Assembly: GCA_964016885.1 (NCBI GenBank)
Contig: OZ024741.1
Location: 280,922,001 to 280,986,000, forward strand
Origin: Eledone cirrhosa
Lineage: Eukaryota
Direction: 5' to 3'
DNA length: 64,000 nucleotides
Notes under the pieces: model-generated
Database searches by the model: none
The model's input: the letters and a program-made list of their open reading frames with translations, nothing else
Told to the model about the DNA's origin: nothing
Program-made: the position numbers and the translations under genes
Shown: positions 11,261-24,200 of the stretch, piece by piece
How the letters are laid out: each line of letters opens with the position of its first letter
How positions within the stretch are numbered: position 1 is the first letter of the stretch

Positions 11261-12134
11261 TATATATATATAGAGAGTTTGTGTCATATCAATGTAAACA
11301 TAAAGATAGATAACTTCATGACAAAAATTGTTACATCTGACACACAAGCATGGCAGTTTCTCATCAGTTAGATATGCCTTTACAACAAAGAGCCACTACA
11401 ACACATAATACAGTATACAAAATAAAATTAGGTAGAAAAAACTTTAGTTAAGCAGACTACAAATTCCATAATCCCACAAAAAAAATGAGAAGAGTATTTT
11501 TGGAAGCTTTACTAATAATTATTTCTACATTTGGCACAAAACCAGCAATTTGAAGGGAAGGGGAAAGTCAACAAAATCTACATCAGTACATTTCTGGTAT
11601 TTCATTTTATCGACCTCATAAGGATGAAAGGCAAAGTTAACCTCAGCGAGATTTGATCTCCGAACATAAAAGGGCGTAACTTTATGCCGCAAAGCATGTT
11701 GTCCAACGCTCTACCAATACTGCCAATCCACCACCCTAGCTTTAGCTACATTTAGCACAAGACCAGTCATTGTGTGGATGGGGAAAGTCAATTTATTGAC
11801 CCCAGTACTTGACTGGTACTTTATTTTATTGACACTGGATGAATGAAAAGCAAAGATGACCTCAGTGGGATTTCAACTCAGATGCTCTACCGATTCTGCT
11901 AATCCATCGCCTTCCTATCTTTACTAATAATAAAATACAAACCAACGATTTAGGACAGTTATAGAACATGTAAAATAATCCATAAAATCTACAGGGAATA
12001 GATAGATGGACATCTGAAAAGAAAGTTTGCTTCTGTCCACCTGTGTGTTTGTGTGTGTATATGTATGTATTTGTTCCACCATGGCCACAGTCTAGTGATT
12101 GAAACCAGTAATAGAATTTAAAAAAAATATATAT

Positions 12135-12790
12135 ATCTATCTATCTATCTAAGGCGGGTAAAATTCCCGAGATCCATGGACGAGTTCTCTCCAGCGGTCT
12201 CTGTCCCTCATTATCGCTGCCATATCCTGCATCTCCAACAGACCAGTGTCTGTCCTTAGGGCATCAACATATGTTAACCTTGGTCTTCCTCTTCTAGTGT
12301 GTCCATGTAGGGGCTCCCAAAGGAGCACTGAGTGCAATGTCAACTCTGGATGTCGGTGAGCATGTCCAGCCAACCTCAGTCTCCTCTGTGTCACTTTTGA
12401 GCTGACTTTTGGGATGCTCCCATACAGCTCTGAGTTTTTCATCCTCAGTGTATACTGATCAATGTTCAGAGCCATCCTCAGCATTCTCGTGCAGCACCCA
12501 TCCACCATCCGAGTGAGTCTCTCGGTCAGTGTCCAAGTCTCAGACCCATACAGCAGCACAGACTCCACTACAGCAATGAAGAGGCGAACTTTCAGGTCTC
12601 CACGAAGGTCCGGCTTCCACACCGATCTCAAGCTGTGGCACGCCGCCCAGGCCTTGCTCTTCCTCTCAACCACATCATCCTCCGTATTCCCAATCTTTGC
12701 TCCCAAATACAGGAAGTCCTCAACCAATTCCAGCGGCTTCCCGCCTACATTAGTGATCCCCTCTGGCTTCTCAACATTCTCTACCAGATT
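12135..12790 (-). mobile_element. RTE-clade LINE 3' fragment with an open ORF end, inserted in a (TA)n tract
   Basis: LELVEDFLYLG...KVRLFIAVVESVLLYGSETW...RRLRLAGH...RGRPRLTY...RDRWRELV; (TAGA)n tail. Confidence 0.9.
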
Positions 12791-14299
12791 TATATATATA
12801 TATATATATAAATGGTAAGAGCTCAACCATAGGGCAGAAAATCCTTACAATACCTACATGCTACTTTTCTTAAGTATAGAGTACTAAGCTGAACAATGGT
12901 CTTACCGGGCTTAACTAGTAACATTCCATAGCTTGGGGGAGTTGCCGGTTATTTCTGGGCAGCTTGTAGTGTTATATCCACTATTGTAATATGCGATATG
13001 GCAGCTGATTGCACTGCATTGTCTGATTCAGTAGACTTGATAGTTAGTTGGTCTGTAAGTAGTGTTCTGGGGTTACTGCAGGGTCAATGAGTAAATTATT
13101 TTGATATCTCCGCTACTGGTGTGAGGTTGGTTTCAGGTTAAGCAAAGGTATTCTTCCAGTGTATATGCTAGGAATTGATGCAGGAGTTCTGGTATGCTAG
13201 TTCAAGGGTGAAGGTTGTCTGTCCTGCAAAGGCATAAGATTAGGAGCTATGGTGGTTCTTGCAAGATGACTGGCCAGTGGCTTAAAGTTGGGTAACAGGC
13301 TTTTTCTCCAGTGGCAACAAAATGTTAGGTGTTTGCTTGTTGATGGATTTCAGATTGCTGCAATATGTGCAACCTCTTACAGAGGCAAAGATGGGAGTTG
13401 TAAAATGGTGCTTTGTTTAGGGTACTCCATTTGAGTTAGGGATACTGCTTCCAGATAAAATGGGACATGGTGGTGGAATTTTCTGCATCTAAATGTTTAA
13501 GCATGGTGGGTAAATCTACCATTGAACTCATTGGTTGTTAGGCCTGCATAATTCTTCTAAATGTTAACTGGTGGTATGCGGATGACTCTCTACAGCCATT
13601 TAGAGGCAGGATCCCCCTTTGAGGGTTCCAGCAATTACAAGTTGGTGCATGTGGTGGGGTCTGTGTAGGTGCATGTCTTTTTAGAGTGTACCATGTGATG
13701 TCATTTATCCTGGAAGGGACTCTGGTACAACTGTATCAGGGATGAGTTACCTCATTGGTGGCAGAGTTCATGACCAGACAAATGTAAGCGCTTTTGAGAA
13801 ATTGTTGGAGGGAATCAGACATCAATGATGAATTTTGAAGTTTGGTGCAAAACGCAATGTGTGAACATGGAGGATTCATTGAAGACAAAAGTAGTAAAAA
13901 ATTCCTAGCTTGTGTAAATCTTCTTTACCCACTTATTCCTAGGAGGGTCATGGTGGAAGAGTTTTCAAGTACTTCTTCCTGTGGGTCCAGTCAGAAGCAA
14001 TTGTCTCCAATTGATCCGGCTGGATCCCCAAGTGAAACCAGCTGAGCTCATGGATGCTACCCAACCAACTTGCTCGGGGTCTATCCCTGGGTCTCCTGAC
14101 AGTTGATTTTGCCTGTAAAATCTGTCCAGCGATTATTTCCTGAGACATTCTAACATGTCTGTAATATTAAATATGAGATATGCACTCTATCAAATAACGT
14201 TTCTCCAGAGACCCTTCAGAAGAATCCCATTTTGGCTGTTTGTTTTCTTTGTGTAAATTTGTTGCTCTTACTGGCTATATTTCACAGCCATATAGAAGA

Positions 14300-14950
14300 A
14301 TGGTGTTAATAATTGCTTGAGAGATGCCAATTTTTGTGACTAGATGAATTTCTGATGTTGACCAGAGCCAGCTTTGGAGATGATGATGCAATCCATGCAC
14401 TGCTGATGGGGACATCTATCTCATCTTTACCTTGCCTGTGGCAGTGATTCACAAAAGTAATACCAACACCTAACATCAACCACAAAGGTCCGCCCACTCA
14501 CAAGTGAAAAGATCTTTGATACCCAAGCTTCAGTAAATTTGAACCTAAATGAGCTTTTCAATCGATGGTATGACCATTTTATCAAGTTGTTCAAACATGA
14601 CTCCTCTGCCAATCAACTGGCTCCACAGACACCACTCCATACACATGCAACTGTTGAAGAAATGTGATGCTATACAGAAATTGAAAGACATAGCTTCAGG
14701 TGAAGATGGTTTATCTGCTGAAATCTTCAAGAACTGTTCTGTCTTCTTGCCCTCCTGTTTGCACCATGTGATCATAAGCACCTGGGATATGGAATATCCT
14801 CCATAAGACTAGAATGGTCCAGTTCGTCTCCTTTCTTCAAAGATGATAGATGCTGTTGTAGAAATTATGAGGGCATCAGTGTGATAGATATTGCAACCAA
14901 GATATTCAGCATCATTCTGCTAGGAAAATTCAATCAGCATAACAAATCAG
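14300..14950 (+). mobile_element. Old RTE LINE fragment (endonuclease-RT linker)
   Basis: AIQKLKDIASGEDGLSAEIFK followed by frameshifted NY.GISVIDIA.KIF. Confidence 0.6.
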
Positions 14951-15945
14951 TGACTTTCATAGATTCTTGCTGTGTTCTATCTCCAACACTTCTCAATTAT
15001 GCAATCTTTTAGATTGTTGAGCATGCTTTGACAGATCTTTTTTAACATATGCGGCCGGTAAACAGCCCCCCCCCCCCCCCCCCCCCCCCAAGCAACAAAA
15101 CTTGCATTTATAATTCATGCGAAACCGTCGCCTAATGTAAGGGAGGAAACTCTAACCTTTACCGTTCTTTTTCTGAAGTTTCTCAACCTCACGAAAACCT
15201 GATGTTATGTTTCCTTCAAAACATTGACATACAGTTTATAAGATCTTGAACATGGGTTTTTTTTTCAACATCGACATATGTGACACCAATTACAGGAATA
15301 TGATAACTGGTTTTGAAAGAAATTCACAATTCATCAGCGTTTGCATATAAAAAATAAAAAAATAAAATAGCGAAAGAAAAAAGGGAGCAACAAAGTCTAC
15401 ACCCTAGTCTATGTGGTATATCTCAGGACACAAAATGAATGCGAAAGATACGGACCGATTGCATACATACCAGGTAAGTAACTCCCTAAAACCGACTAAG
15501 TAGTGAAGCCAATACAATCAGCTACAACTATTGCAGGCAGTGAACTAGCATGACCAATGTATATTTGATAATTGTTTAGAGTACGTAATATTACATAACT
15601 TGATTTAAACCAAACTTGATATCAACATTGTTCTAAACATAAAGGTTGTCAGTTTCAGAAAATGAAGGACGACAGAAAAACGAATAATTTGTTAATTTTC
15701 CAATGTCTATTTTTTAACGATTTGCTCTTTAATCATTAATCTTCAGCTATTTACCATAACCCTTTTGTTACCATATTTCTATTGAAATACAGGACCTATG
15801 TTTTTCAAGTAATTTTGAAAAATAATAATTTGGAAGAATTAAATGAAAATAACCACTTGTTTCATTAGTAAGCTGTTGTTTAGAACATTACTTGATGTAC
15901 ATAAACTGGATAATTACCGCATATATATGTGTATATATATATATA

Positions 15946-17869
15946 GTTAGGGAAGCAGAAAATTGCTTATTGTGATCCAATTCGTGGTTAAGAAAGCCAG
16001 TTTCATGGATGGTTTCAACGTACGGTTAGGGGTAACTCCACAAGTTTGTAAGAATTCCGTTCAATCTTGGAGTATAAAGTATAAAAGAGAAAACACAGGT
16101 AAGCATTAAAGAAGGATTTTATCCAGGTATTTACGACCGTTTCATTGGTAAGTGCAACCTTATATTGCTATACTGCAAATAGCAGCCACTCCGTTATAAT
16201 TGTTGTTCACGTCCAAATTTTCAAAATAGTGAGTAAGTTACTCTTGAAATAATTCTTAATATATTGAGAAAAACATTTTTTGGGAATTGTATTTACTAGT
16301 ATAGAGAGAGGAAGGGGGAGAAGAGTTAGGAAGTAGAGTGACAAACTGAGATGGAGGGAGGGGTAGAGGTGGAAGGATTCCTTGATCAGTTTTGATATGT
16401 AGACTTCATGTCGTGGAATGTAGTGAGTTAAAGAGAATTAAATTGATCATAGTGGGAGGGATGGAGAGAGAGAGAGAGGGGGGGGGCATATAAAAAGATA
16501 AATATATATATATAAAAATAAAGATAAAGATAATAATGACAAAAATAAAAGCAAAGAAGGGGGGAGAAAGAAGAAAAGAAAAGGTAGCCAAAAAGGGAAG
16601 GAAGGAAGAAAACGAATAGAAGAGGAATAAAGGAGAAGGGAGGGATATAGGTATTGGTTTTTGTGGGTAATTAAAAGGGTTTAGATACAATAAGAGGGTA
16701 TAAAGTCTAAGTATATGCAGTTTGTCAGTTGGTAGTAAGAGGTTAAGGGTTCGATTTGCAATTGTAGTGCGAAAACTTTTCTTTGAGTCTATGGTTATAA
16801 TAAATTGATCTTTCGATTTTATTGTTGAGTAACTTATTCTTCGAACTCAAAATGTGGAACAGATCAAGGTCACATAATCGACAGCTTCTCATACCACTCC
16901 GATATAGGGGTGCGTTCGATAATTTTTTCCACTTCAGGGTGTATTGATGGTTACTTTCCCTCAGTTGCCAGGTCTTGTTTGCAAGGGTAGTTACATAACG
17001 ATGCTGGGAATGTTTCATTGCATAACGGTGTGTATACCAACAGGCTTTAAATGTATTCCCAGTCGCTCCGATGTAATACCATTTCTGGTTGTCTGATTCC
17101 ACTGTGCATTGGTAAACCAGGTTAGACTGCATACATTCATTATGTAATGGACAGGTTTCAGGTAGGTGGCAGTTACAATTCTTGTCATGGGCAACTTTGG
17201 CATTATTGGTGGGCTGCGATGCCTGTACAAGTGTGTTACGTTTTGTTTGCCTATTAGTGGGTGGTTGTGTATTAGATATTCTGTTGTGTTCAATGGTGAT
17301 TGTATTGTTATTGTTATAAATTTGTGTTCTGGTGTTGCTATGTATCTTTTTAGCATTAAGCATCTTAATGTGTGCCTCTATATTTGGTGCCGTGGAGTAA
17401 GATAGTCTAATAGATTTAGTGTTAAGGATTTTGCTGTATCTATGTGAATCTGGAAAGTGCTTATTTATTATTCTAAAGAAGGTAGAGGGTAGGTTAGTAC
17501 TAATAGAGGTGTTAAATATGGGGTTATACTAAATATATTTTCTACTGCGTGACTTGTTTGATTTCGATGTTGTATTTCTATTTACCGTATACTTTGTAGT
17601 TCTATGCGTAAGTGCGTGTGCTTCTGGAGTTTGTATTATGCGTGTTCGTGTGCACTTTGCGGAGGCTTTCATCTACATATTCTACTCTATCTAATGCGAT
17701 ATTGTAGTATTACTCACTATTTTGAAAATTTGGACGTGAACAACAATTATAATTGAGTGGCTGCTATTTGCAGTATAGCAATATAAGGTTGCACTTACCA
17801 ATGAAACGGTCGTAAATACCTGGATAAAATCCTTCTCTTAATGCTTACCTGTGTTTTCTCTTTTATACT
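15946..17869 (-). mobile_element. 5'-truncated Penelope-like element (Naiad-type): end of RT thumb plus GIY-YIG endonuclease, with inverted pLTR copies at both ends
   Basis: ORF 16743-17363 has CNCHLPETCPL (CxCx5C), LVYQC...YYIGAT, CRLC and LLN. Upstream in frame is RSRKYI*YNPIFN...KHFPDSH...RLSYS, and YYNIAL in another frame. 16079-16235 is the reverse complement of ~17710-17869. (TA)n tracts on both flanks. Confidence 0.88.
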
Positions 17870-17947
17870 ATATATATATATATATATACACACACAGAAT
17901 ATGGGAAAGAACTTTCTTAATATTTGATAAGATCGATATACCAATTA

Positions 17948-18089
17948 CAGACCTGCCAATCTCTAAAAACCCAAACGGGGTGTACCATGAAAAAAAGGGT
18001 CCCAAAACGGGGAGAAATTACATAATGAAAGCTATACTCATTTTCACAAGAGATGTGGGAGAGTTGAACAGGGAGAGTTGACAGGTCTG
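17948..18089. mobile_element. Second copy of the CAGACCTGCCAA MITE
   Basis: Same TIRs; flanks CAATTA / CAATTG (6-bp TSD, one mismatch). Confidence 0.8.
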
Positions 18090-21000
18090 CAATTGAAACC
18101 GGTAATATTTGACAAAATTTAAATCTACTTAGTGTAACTATGATAAAAACAAATTTTCCATATATATATATATATATATATATAATATAATTACACCTGT
18201 ATATTTTAAAACATCTTAACTCTGCTGTGTAAACAAACAAAAAACTTTGCACATGACTATTCATAAAATCCCGACAAGCTTTAGTTTTAGCCCAGCTATT
18301 AAAGCACACGATTTATGATAAAACAAAAAAATTATGCGCGACGATTTAGTGCCTTTCAAATCTTTCGTGTCACCAACAACATAACATTATGAAAGATGTT
18401 TCGTCGTGGGACTTATGAAAATTGCAAAGCATACGTAGTACACGAAACTACCTCTATAAAACCCGGTCAAATATGGTCCCGTACAAGATACACGTAGGTA
18501 CATATTCGATTGCAAAGGGTAATTTACTGAAAGGTATGTCTTCCTGTTTGCATTGAAAGAAGGCCGGGTTTTACTCACAAACATTTTAAGAATATAAAAT
18601 ATTTATTTTTCTCTGTAACAAAATTAGAATTGTTATTTTATAAAAATTCACAGTAACTTCTTTCTGGCTATCATTTACGTTAGACCTCCTTTGAAGAAAA
18701 TAAAAGTAACCCGCCCGTTTCACCAAATTCATTGCGTATGTAGGGTTATGTTTATGGTAATGTGTAAAATGAAAGTACATTTATGATAACTACGACGGTG
18801 GTATGTATATTTAGTTTTGATTCCACAAAGTACCAAATATACTTTCATTTTGTTAGAAATAATTATACTGTATATCCATAATTCACAAAATATATTATAT
18901 AAATCATATTTTAATCAGCTAATTGGTAAATAATGTGAACATCAATTACAAAATACACAACACATTTTAATCTTTGTTTATATGGAGGAAATGAGAATGA
19001 AGAATTTTTATTAATTCTTCGACAAATAAAGTCCTACATTAAATGTAACGAACAAATTATCAGATGTCCCAATGTAAATATAAATATGAACTTCTAATTT
19101 ACGCACAAGGTCAGCAAATTCTGGAGAAAGACAAAGATCTTTACCCCCCCCCCCCAGTACTTAACTGGTACTTATTTTATCGACACAGGATGAATGAAAG
19201 GTAAAGGTGACCTCAGCAGGATTCGAATTAGAGTGTAAAGAGTCAGAATACCGCAAATGCATTCCATCCGACGTTCTCATTAATGAAGAATACGAAACTA
19301 TATTAATACTGATATCAATCTAAACTCCGTCGTCGTAGTAGTGGTGAATTCATTTCCAACGTTCTCATAAAAAAATTAACCGGGCATATTAGGGTTAGGG
19401 TTCCCTTGTAAGCTCGAGTGTCTACAGTAAACTAAATGTGTGCACTCTGAACAGTTGATTGCAGCTGCATAACTGCAATTCGCCAGATTCATTGAGTGAG
19501 CTAGACGTTGTATTTATACCAGCGATCTTCTGTGAAATTTAATTTTATACAAGGTTTAATTCTCGAACATATTCTTGGATCACGGAACTCTCAGCAGCCG
19601 AAACACCGCTCTGATCTAGGTGTAAAGCCTGTCGCCCTCTCCTCTTCTACCTTTCTTTCTTCCGTTGCCTAATAGTTTTTAGTCCTTTCCAATGCTAAAT
19701 GCTATTTTCTTTTTCTATATGTTTGACTATATTGAATACTTTATTATTTTTATGTAATTTTATTCTAGAAATATATTTAAATAAAATTCGATACAATTAG
19801 AAAAACAAAATATTTACAAGAAATCTAGTGTGGCTTCTAATTTTTAATTTAATATTTTAATAGCTGGCTGATGTTTCTTTATCTAATTCGAATTTCAAGC
19901 GGTCTTAAAATTTAGTCAAGCATTGGATCTGCTGGACAGATTTTACGGGCAAAAACCAACCGGCAAGATACCCCAAAGTTGACCACAAACAAAATAGTTG
20001 GATAACATCCATAAGCTCAGTTTGTCTTGCTTGGACATGCAGTTAGATCATCTGGTGACGATTGCTTCGGATAGGACTCTCTGGAAGGCGTGGCTGAGGA
20101 CTGACCCCACGACCCTCTCAAGAATAAGTGAGCGAAGAAGAATTGGTTCGTACATCCATAGATCATTGCATTATCCTCAATTCATATATCTCTTAAACTT
20201 TAACCCATACACTAAAACATTTGCACCCGTCGATAAACAAAATAAACCAGTTGTATTTATTAGAGGCATGCAAGATTGTGTGGATGCACAAACATAAGCA
20301 ATGATATTACACAAGATCTATTGTTAAATGCATACCATCGATAACAAAAGGCAACGAAGTCTACTTGCTATATAAACCAATCATGAATTATGTTCGTATG
20401 TTTTTTACGTAAATTTAATATTTGCGATATTAAAATAGAATGTTTTTCTCATATATATACAAATTAAACCATTAAACGCTGATCAGGCAGTCTGTAAGGT
20501 ATCAATCTCTTAGTTGGAGAGTCGTGAGTTCGTGATGCAGCTATTACAAGGTAATAGCAGAGCCGGATGTGGGCGGAATTGACGAATAATTTATAGGCGA
20601 ACACTGCAGACTTACGAAATTAAAATGAAACTTAAATTTAAAGTTTTACAATCAATACACCAAATAAAATTTCCTCACATAGCACCTCCTATTCATAGAT
20701 TTTATTTTTGTAACACGCACATGGTAAGGACAGGGGAAACCATGTTAAGATAATTATGTAACTAATAACAACACTTAGATTTTCGTTTTCAATATGATTA
20801 AATATTGAGAGAAGTGAAAAAGCAAAAAAAAAAGAATATGAATATACTGATTTTTTTTACCATATTTGAGTAAAATTTATCGCTCGAAAACCGTTGCAGA
20901 CAAACGAACGTCAGACGAACTCCAGGAGATTTAGTAGCAATTCGGTGTAATGCCGTAAAACGAATCATTTCAGTTATTTCCGTTGAGTTGATACAACTTT

Positions 21001-21269
21001 GATAAGTTATCCCCCTTTATATTATATTTCGGCTACTTCCGTGAAACTGATATTTCTGTAAATGGTAAAACAAAATTTTTATTTAATTGTTTGCAGAAAA
21101 AGAAACAGAAAAAAAAAAAGGTCAATTTATAGAACACCCACCTCGATTTCAGTGGGAAAAAAGATTTTTTTCCTTGTCTTTTTTTTTTCGTGTGCTATCA
21201 ATTAATCTAACCTCCAAGATGCTTGCAATTTACTTTTTTCCAGGAAAACGAAGTGTGTGTTGATGTGAG

Positions 21270-21560
21270 GTGGTTAGCCTCCTTGTCGGAGTTTTATGCG
21301 GTAGTATATCTTAACTGTGTCCAGCAGAAAATGGTCAAGGCATTGTCATTGAGAACAGTTAAACAAAACCTCACTGCATCAGCCAAGATGCACTTCCAGT
21401 TTTTCGGAAGAAAACATTAGACTGAGGACACTGCGAGTTCTTGACTACGATCGGCACGAAAAGAAATTGGTCAGTAAAATGCCGGTATTTGTGTTTCGAG
21501 AGGCAGTTCCCAAGTTTGTGGCCGAATCAAATAAAACTGGAGACCGAGAATGTATTGCAG
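21270..21560 (-). mobile_element. Second CRE-like RLE 3' fragment
   Basis: Aligns by eye with 6900-7195; minus strand reads KHKYRHFTDQFLFVPIVV. Confidence 0.6.
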
Positions 21561-21654
21561 CATATTGCATCCCACCTCAACCAGAAATGGATTATCCTAT
21601 TTGAGCAGGTCTGTGAATTATCTCCCCCTTGTGTTATAGTTTGTCGCTGGTGAT

Positions 21655-21767
21655 ATCCGGTAGCGGGAATTTTGATATTGCGTTTCACTTCAAACTGAGA
21701 TTGTCAAAGATTTCTTCATATTTTTCGGCGGTAGTTATATATTATTTCATTGAATTAATAGGTAAGT
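21655..21767 (+). promoter_or_regulatory. Candidate cell-cycle promoter and non-coding first exon ending at 21761
   Basis: GCGGGAATTTTGA (E2F/CDE plus CHR-like, 21663-21675), TTCAAA (reverse CHR, 21689-21694), then a consensus donor AG|GTAAGT at 21761/21762. Confidence 0.4.
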
Positions 21768-22248
21768 CTAAAGTTATATAGTTGCACCAGTAAACGAATT
21801 AATTATTTCTTTGTTTTTGTCGATTCAACGTTAAATAAGGAAATCAAATCTTTAAAAAATCTGTTTATTAAAACACTTGTTTTGAAAAATTTTACTTTAT
21901 TGACCTCGCGTAACATTAATTATTGCAGTATATAATGTTAAGAATAGTTTAAACTTTCGGATATCACAAGGACCTAATAGTAAAAATTATATTTTAAATA
22001 CATCACGCACAAGAGATATGTGATGGAGTGACGGACACTTGCGTATGATTAATGGGGGTTAAACATTTGATTTGTTTATTTTTTTTGCAGACTTATAATC
22101 TAAGCTTAAAACGGCAGAATTTTTGGAATAAGCATCAAAAAAACAAAAAAAAATTGAATCTGTCATTTTTTTTTTTTTTTGTGTGTGTGAAACAATCTAA
22201 GTTTAAAACATAATTCAGAAACTTTCGAGGCCCAAAATGATATAATTA

Positions 22249-22460
22249 ATGGCCAGTGTTAGTACTCAGAGAGGGAGAAGTAGATGCTGGCAAAAAAAGA
22301 AAAGTCGAAATTTTGAATCTCAACATAAAAAGAAAAATTAAATTTAAAAAAAAAAAGATTATGATTTGAAAGTTTATACCTATTCCAAAACTCTGCCACA
22401 AAATAATATAATAATATAAAAAGCGCAAATGAAGAATTTAATATTGACATTTATCTGTAA
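22249..22460 (+). pseudogene. Decayed 5' end of a Tigger/pogo-type transposase (CENP-B-like HTH)
   Basis: Across frameshifts: MASVST..EGEVDAGKKRKVEILNLNIKEKLNL...NIK...ILTFI, similar to the Tigger pattern KRK..L.I.EKL...IYDIKK...IL.F. An acceptor TTTTGCAG lies at 22090. Confidence 0.35.
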
Positions 22461-22510
22461 CCGTCCATATAAACATTGTATTCCACTTGGTGGTTGGTGA
22501 ATTGACAGTT

Positions 22511-22687
22511 TTTGTTTTTTTTCTCTCTCGCTTTAATTATATATTTTTGTGCACTATATTTATAAAGTTTCTAGCAATAATTAATTGTATTTATTACTTG
22601 TTTTTTTTCTCTCTCGCTTTAATTATATATTTTTGTGCACTATATTTATAAAGTTTCTAGCAATAATTAATTGTATTTATTACTTGT
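22511..22687. repeat. Near-perfect tandem duplication of an ~87-bp unit
   Basis: TTGTTTTTTTCTCTCTCGCTTTAATT...GTATTTATTAC occurs twice in tandem. Confidence 0.9.
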
Positions 22688-22734
22688 GTTTATATTTTCA
22701 TTCTGTAAGCATTTTATATAATATTCATAGAAAA

Positions 22735-23955
22735 GTAATAATTGTTTCTACTTTTGGCACAAGGCCAGCAAGAACCCAGTACATTACTGGTGCTTTATTT
22801 TATCGACCCCGTAAGGATGAAAGGCAAAGTTAACCTCGACGGGATTTGAACTCAGAATGGCAACGGTCGTAACTCTATGCGTCAAAGCATGGTGTCCGAC
22901 CCACTACCGATACTGCTAATTCACCGCCATTTAACCTCGTAATAATTGTTTCTACTTTTGGCACAAGGCCAGCAATTACCCAGTAATAATTGTTTCTACG
23001 TTAGGCATAAGGTCAGTGCATTACTGGTAATAATGATGATATTTTTTTTGTCATAATAATAATAATTGTTCCTGATATTACCTTTATAATTATAATTGTT
23101 TCTACTTTAGGCACAAGGCCAGCAAATACTCAGTGCATTACTGGTACTTTATTTTATCAACCCCGTAAGGATGAAAGGCAAAGTCAACCTCGGCGGGATT
23201 TGATCTGAGTTCAAATCCCGCTGAGGTTGACTTTGCCTTTCATCCTTACGGATGATTATAATTATAATAAAAACATACCAATGCTACACAGAACTCCATC
23301 AAACGACATAAATAGTTTTGTCACACTGCTCCGATATTTTTTCTTCAAACTTTCTTTAAAATGTACATTTTGAACTGAAACTTGGCAGAGATACGTTTTC
23401 GAATGTCTTAATTTAGATTATGATGATGATTTTTTTTCTCTCCATAATTTATGATTATAGAAATGATATTGTGATCTTGTAGATTTTTTTTTTTTTTTTT
23501 ACCCCCTTGTAGTGTGTGACCGATTGACTCATTGTTGACATTTTCATTTTTATTTTATGTTTTCATGTGAAATATTTATGTAACTAATAGAGAAAGTAGG
23601 TGATGATTTTTGAAAGCTGACATTTGTTTGTAATTTCAAGTCAGGATAATTGTTTGGGGGAAAACGTGAACTTTGCTGTCATGTACATAATTTATTTCGA
23701 CATCTTCAGTTGGGTTTCTTTGGGAGGTTTTCGCCGTTTTTTAAACATTTATTATTATTACTAGCAGTGGATTGGCAGTATCTGTAGAGGGTCAGACGCC
23801 ATGCTTTGACGCATAGTTACGGCCCTTGCCATTCTGAGTTCAAATCCCGCCGAGGTTAACTTTGCCTTTCATTCTTACGGGGGTCAAAAAAAATAAAGTA
23901 CCAGTAATACACTGAGTATTTGCTGGCCTTGTGCCAAAAATAGAAACAATTATTA
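22735..23955. mobile_element. Cluster of short-tail SINEs: minus copies at 22735-22930, 22940-23030 and 23090-23203, a fold-back half copy to 23251, and a plus copy at 23766-23955
   Basis: All share the SINE consensus seen at 7994-8179 and 49320-49504. Confidence 0.9.
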
Positions 23956-24200
23956 TTGCTAGCAGAAAAACCACCCGAAGGGTGGTTTTCTGTTAGCAAG
24001 TGTAGTGTGCATATTGATATTATACCCAAGTATATATGCATGTAGATATGATACATCAAATAAAATAGTAATTGACAATATACACAGAAACTGTCTTATG
24101 TAATCAGTAACGTAATCCATGATACATTAAAAAAAGACAATATTATATATAAACTGTATTAGGAGAAAATTAGTGACGGAAATATATGAATGTTTATTTA

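Noticed and set aside
12870-13880. Non-AT-rich stretch with a faint GQT motif, possibly a decayed retroelement
   Set aside because: Stops in the frames examined and no motif series I could verify.
16743-17363. Selenoprotein-type Naiad element, or an active stand-alone GIY-YIG nuclease gene
   Set aside because: Retained Cys positions are read as Cys with no in-frame TGA; the catalytic Arg is replaced and the upstream frame has a TAG.
19389-19400. TTAGGGTTAGGG telomeric motif
   Set aside because: Only two units.
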